This document shows positions 58,137 through 64,000 of a stretch of 64,000 nucleotides of DNA, piece by piece. Position 1 is the stretch's first letter. Every line of letters begins with the position of its first letter. The position numbers and the translations under genes are program-made. Source of the stretch: Octopus vulgaris (taxonomy: Eukaryota). A model generated the notes under the pieces. That model was not told the DNA's origin, ran no database searches, and saw only the letters and a program-made list of their open reading frames with translations. Location: positions 7,316,001 to 7,380,000 of the forward strand of contig OX597833.1 of assembly GCA_951406725.2 (NCBI GenBank), written 5' to 3'.

Positions 58137-59470
58137 CTTATATTTCTGAAGAAAAAAAACTACTCAAAGATTCCCCCCACGTGCGATCTTTCAGGCAGAG
58201 TTGAACTTAATGTTGAGAGGAAGAGTGCACAGGGGAGGGGGAGAGAACTCTGAGTAGGAATGCTGTGAATCATCAGCTGTTTCGTATCACACAGGTATAT
58301 ATATGTGTGTGTGTGTGTGTATGCATGTGTGTATGCAAAAACACACACACACACATATATATGTGTGCATATGCGTGTGGGTGTATATATATATAAATAT
58401 GTAGTTGTCTACGCATCCGTCTATCTGTCTACTCTTCTACTTGTTGGTATGGTTTGACATTCCACACACACATTCATAAAAACACGCGTGCACACACACA
58501 CACACACACACACACACAACCACACAAACATTCCAAGAAACATTCGAAAATACAAAATAAAGAAAGCTCGCTCCACCAATTTCTTGCCCCACCCATCACC
58601 ACCAAAAGGGAAAAAAACGATTGGAAAAAGCGCAAAAAAAGAAGGAAAACCAAAGAATAGAGGCAAAGAGATTGAGTGAGAGTGAGAGAGAGAGAGGGAG
58701 AGAGAGAGAGAGAGAGAGTGATACCGACAGACAGACAGACAGCCTGAGAAGGAAAAAAAAAGAGAGAACATAAATTAAACAAATAGATATATAAAAGAAA
58801 TTCTGATTAAGGAAAGTCATGCTCACCTTAGAAAGTTGTTAGGCGCATGCGCAATCGAGGCTTGTTTATTTTTTTATTCTTGGCTTCTATTTTTTAGTTT
58901 AATGTTCCTTTTCTTTACCACATTTCGTCTTACGCCATTTTAGAGGGGGAAAGGAAACTTTTAGCAGACGACTACCTGTGCAGCGCCGTCCACCCGTCCG
59001 CCCGTCCGTCAGTCCGTCCTCCCCTGCACATCATACAGCCATACTGAAATATAGTATAAATACTAGCATATACTTTAGTATTAGGTCAATATAATATTAA
59101 TATAAACTCTACAATTGCTGGTCATATTAAGCGAAAGTTGATAACAAAATGGCGTACCGCTTACTCAACGATTACGATACAAATCATGACGTTATTTATA
59201 ACACAACTTACACAAGACGGACGGTGACATCGAATAGTGATTGGGTAAGATACGATAATTAATTTGTATTGATTCATATTATTTTGTTATATTGTTATAT
59301 ATGTACGTGTATGTGTGTGTGCGTGCGTGCTTGTGTATGTGTGTATATGTGTGTGTATGCGTTTGTATGTTGTTTTTAATAATATTTTAATTACTAAATC
59401 ATGTTTGATTTCGTTTACATATTTGACTAGGGAGAATTTTAAAAATTAGTATACATTAGTGCTTGAAATC

Positions 59471-59542
<72 letters not shown>

Positions 59543-59549
59543 TACATAC

Positions 59550-59582
<33 letters not shown>

Positions 59583-59628
59583 CATATATACATACATACA
59601 TACATATATATATATATATACATATATA

Positions 59629-59664
<36 letters not shown>

Positions 59665-59707
59665 TATACATACATATGTATACATACACATATACATAAT
59701 ACATACA

Positions 59708-59773
<66 letters not shown>

Positions 59774-59823
59774 CATATATATACATACATACATACATAC
59801 ATACATGCTTATATATATATTAA

Positions 59824-59866
59824 TCTCGCAACTCGAGTTTCACGTCGCTGAGATCTTCAGACGAGA
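59824..59866 (-). ncRNA. Minimal type I hammerhead motif with good stem I and degraded stem II
   Basis: Minus strand TCTCGT-CTGAAGA-TCTCAGCGACGT-GAAA-CTCGAG-TT-GCGAGA: 6-bp stem I, palindromic ACTCGAGT stem III, GUU site. Confidence 0.55.
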
Positions 59867-60177
59867 AGATCGTTATATTTTATATTTATGTATTATGCAA
59901 TACCTTATCCTAATATTCTACTCTGTATACCATATTGCACAGTTTATATCCCCATTCTCTCTTTGTATTATAAACTTATACGTATTGTATTTATAATGAA
60001 AAAACCTGAAAATATATCAGTGTATATGAAATCTGTTTATAGACATTGATGCATGTAGCTATGTATTTATGAATGTATGTATGTATATGTATGTATATTC
60101 CAAGTATCACTTTCAGTACCTTGGCAATAAGTCTTATATAAGGCTCACTGCTATTACTATATGTACCACACATACAC

Positions 60178-60246
<69 letters not shown>

Positions 60247-62789
60247 TATACGATACATATAAATTTGTTTAGAGTCTAAGTTGAGTGAAAAATAACATGA
60301 TTGGTGGTCGGCAATCGATAGATGCGTGGCGACATGCACACACACACGCAAATATATGAGGGTATATATAGCTTAACACGCAGGCACACACATATGTATA
60401 TACATACAACCGCATATGCATATGGATATATGTGTGTATGTATGCATGTATGTATGTATGTATGTATGTATGTATGTATGTGTGTATGTATGTATGCGTC
60501 TGTACGTACGCACACACATATATTTACATACATACGGATACACGCGCACACATACATAGGGGTGTATCTATACACTTATTTATATGTGTATGTATATATT
60601 TGTGTGTGCGCGTGTATTTTTGGATGAAAGTAACGAAGAGTAATTGTGTGAAGTTTTAGTGTTATTTCTGTGAATACTGAAAGTAGTCGGGCACCTTGCA
60701 GTAGGTGAAAGAGGCGAGGGAGGAGGGAGAGAGGTGAGAGAGGCAGACAGACAGACATACATACAGACAGACAGACAGACAGACAGACAGACGTTCAAGC
60801 AGAAAGGAAAGGGAGAATGAGAGATAAGGAGTGATGTAGGGAGGCAGAGAAAGAGAGTTTTGTTTTGTGGAAGTCATTTTGAGGGCATTGAAGAGATAAC
60901 GACTTGTTAACTATTCCGGAAGGTTAAGCTGGTAATAAGTCAACTCAGCGTGGCGGGTTCGTCTCCAGCTAGAAACCTATTCGATTTTATTTATATCTCT
61001 GATGACCTTGGGAAAAGTATAAACATCGCATAATATCTTTTCTGTCAAATTTTCTATTTAAATAATCGTGCTAAACATAATATTCTAAATCCAGATCTCT
61101 TCTTGTGGTGGGGTTCGGTCCCAGCATGACACAAATTTATTTTTTATTATTTTTTCCGGAACTACTGTCCTTGTGAAAAGTCATAAATGCCACAGAATCC
61201 TTCTTGCCTAAAAACCTCCTAAGTTTATTCAGTATGAAAAGTAGAGGCGACGTGTTGATTGCGATTTCAATCTGAAATCTGTTCCTTTCATTTACATTAG
61301 TGTTGCTAATGAGTTTGGCAGGAAGGAACATCACACATACATATCCATGAGGATGCTGAATTCGTCGTACATCGACAAAGCAAGGGAGCCTCATAGTGTC
61401 GCTGGATCTACTAGACATACCAGCCAAATCTCCCTGAAATCGCGCTGTCTTTCTTCAAACTTCTACAAAAGGTGGCGGGGAATTAGATGCACCATACCAG
61501 AGTAAAAGTCGGGGTGTTCATGGCGGGAAACCCTTTTATTATAGGTCTACTCAATCAGAGCTGCCCTGGAGCTAAAAGATAAGAAAAGCGATATGGTTTC
61601 GAATCCTCGGTCAGTTCCCTTCACATACATCACCAATAAGCGTGATAAAGGCATGACTGCCACAACTCGACATGTGTCTCTGTGTAAGATATAAATATTG
61701 CTACTTTCTGTGAGACGAGAAGCGTGGATCAAGAATAGGGGACGCACGTTCAATCCCCAGGTGCGAGAGGGTGAACAATATTACTTCACTTAGGCAGTTT
61801 AGTGTGTGTAGGAGAGGCATGACTGCCACAACATCTTTCCTAAGCCTTATGCCCAAACCCAGACATTTTTTGACGAAGGAGTACAAATTATTAACTCGAC
61901 TCTTTCTTTCTCTCTCTTTGCTTCTCTCTCTTTCTCTCTCTCTCTGACTCTTTTACTCTCACTCTCCTACAATCCTTCTTTCTTTCTCCCACTCTTTCCC
62001 CTCTCACTCCCTCTCTCCTATCTCTCTCCCCCTCCTTTGCTTTCTCTTTCTTCCCCCTTTCTCTCTCTTTCCCTCTCTCTCCGCTCCAATAAGGAATGTA
62101 CGAAGTTGGCCAAATTCCAAAACAACTGTGGAATTGTTTGGAATCAAAGACAAACAAATGACTCAGACAGACCCAGTTTCCACTCACCTGTTCTACCTTA
62201 CCTAGTTTACCATATTTACCTGGAGTTTTTGGTGCTGTAATAGAATTATTTAGGGTACGGTGGATTGGAGTGTTGGGCGGGGTGGTTCTAGTTAAATGAT
62301 GCAACTGAAGAAGGAGAGTGAAAGACACAAGGAGGGCTATGTTAGGAAATACACACACACACACAAACACACACATACATATGCATACATACACACACAC
62401 ACACACACACAGACACACACACATATGCATACACACACACACACAGACACACACATGTGCATATATATCCGTATGCAAAGCACACTTATAAAGGCATACT
62501 TGCGCAATCACGCAGAGAAATGCACGTTGCAGATGCATATATAACACGGGTGCACAAATTCCTTAGCATATGTATTCACTTAACACGTGCTGGCACGTAT
62601 ATATACACGCACTTGAAGAAATACACCCGTACAGACATATACGTACAGAGACCCTCCACACACACATGAACATTCTGTGTGTATACATACATACATACAT
62701 ACATACATACATACATACGTTCATACATAAATACATACGTACGTATATATGTATGTATGCATGTGTGTAGACATATATATATATATAGA

Positions 62790-63440
<651 letters not shown>

Positions 63441-64000
63441 ATGTGAATATATGCTCATATACATATACACAAATGCAGATAGAAACTTAAGTGAGAGTGT
63501 GCGTGCGTATGTGCGTGCTTGCTAGCACGTGTCCCTGCATGTGCACATGTATACACTTGTTGGTGTGTTTATGTGTATACGTGTGAGGCTGGGGTGTGGT
63601 GGGGGAAGGTAGACACTTGATTCTATCATTGATGAGTGGTTGGCTAAAGTATAACTTTCCAGACATCTTTTCATATTTTTCTTGTTTCTTCCGCCCCAGC
63701 TCGCAAGAACACATGGAAATAATTAAGTTATATGAGCAACGTAGCGATAATTATAATGAGATAGACATGCAATCCACATATAGTCATTCATTTATCGCTT
63801 GAACATTTTACATTTAATGGTTTGGTAATGAGAGATGTTTAGTCAGACGTACTGATAACGTGGTTACTAGGTAAGTTGGTAGGTAACTGCAGAGACTGAT
63901 GGATGAATACATAACCAATTAGAAAGGTTTAGGCGTCTTTAAAGTCTTTAAAATCGGAGTTAGTCGTCCTTATATTATTCCAACTGACCGAAATTTTTCG

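Noticed and set aside
60998-61025. CTGATGA-CCTTGG-GAAA hammerhead-like match
   Set aside because: Stem II is too short to form and no stem I or III pairing
63700-63802. Strong-looking acceptor with short ORF (LARTHGNN* in phase 0)
   Set aside because: Cannot be linked to the gene from sequence alone; too little coding signal

Overview
Eukaryotic, AT-rich and extremely microsatellite-dense genomic DNA. The tRNA-derived SINE families and repeat landscape point to a coleoid cephalopod, most likely Octopus (inference). Almost every ORF in the supplied track is a microsatellite artefact. One real multi-exon protein-coding gene can be assembled by hand on the + strand from six phase-compatible GT-AG exons: 2281-2395, 9109-9248, 33881-35425, 42810-43259, 50140-50238 and 54938-55000. 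These give 804 codons; the start exon was not found (probably upstream of the window) and the last exon is uncertain. The product is an uncharacterised, largely disordered Ser/Arg/Tyr/His-rich protein, and all exons after the second are symmetric phase-0 cassettes with several possible alternative C-termini. The introns and flanks hold about 20 copies of one SINE family, other SINEs, a CR1/L2-type LINE 3' end, an R4/Dong-type 3' end sitting in (TAA)n, a hAT MITE, Penelope-like remnants, an initiator-tRNA-Met pseudogene and a 2.5 kb (CATA)n array. The most interesting non-coding signals are several minimal type I hammerhead ribozyme motifs (best at 38632-38698, 46443-46533 and 59824-59866, all antisense to the gene), three long intronic or gene-proximal palindromes, and a 45-nt-period array of hairpin units at 15804-16332.
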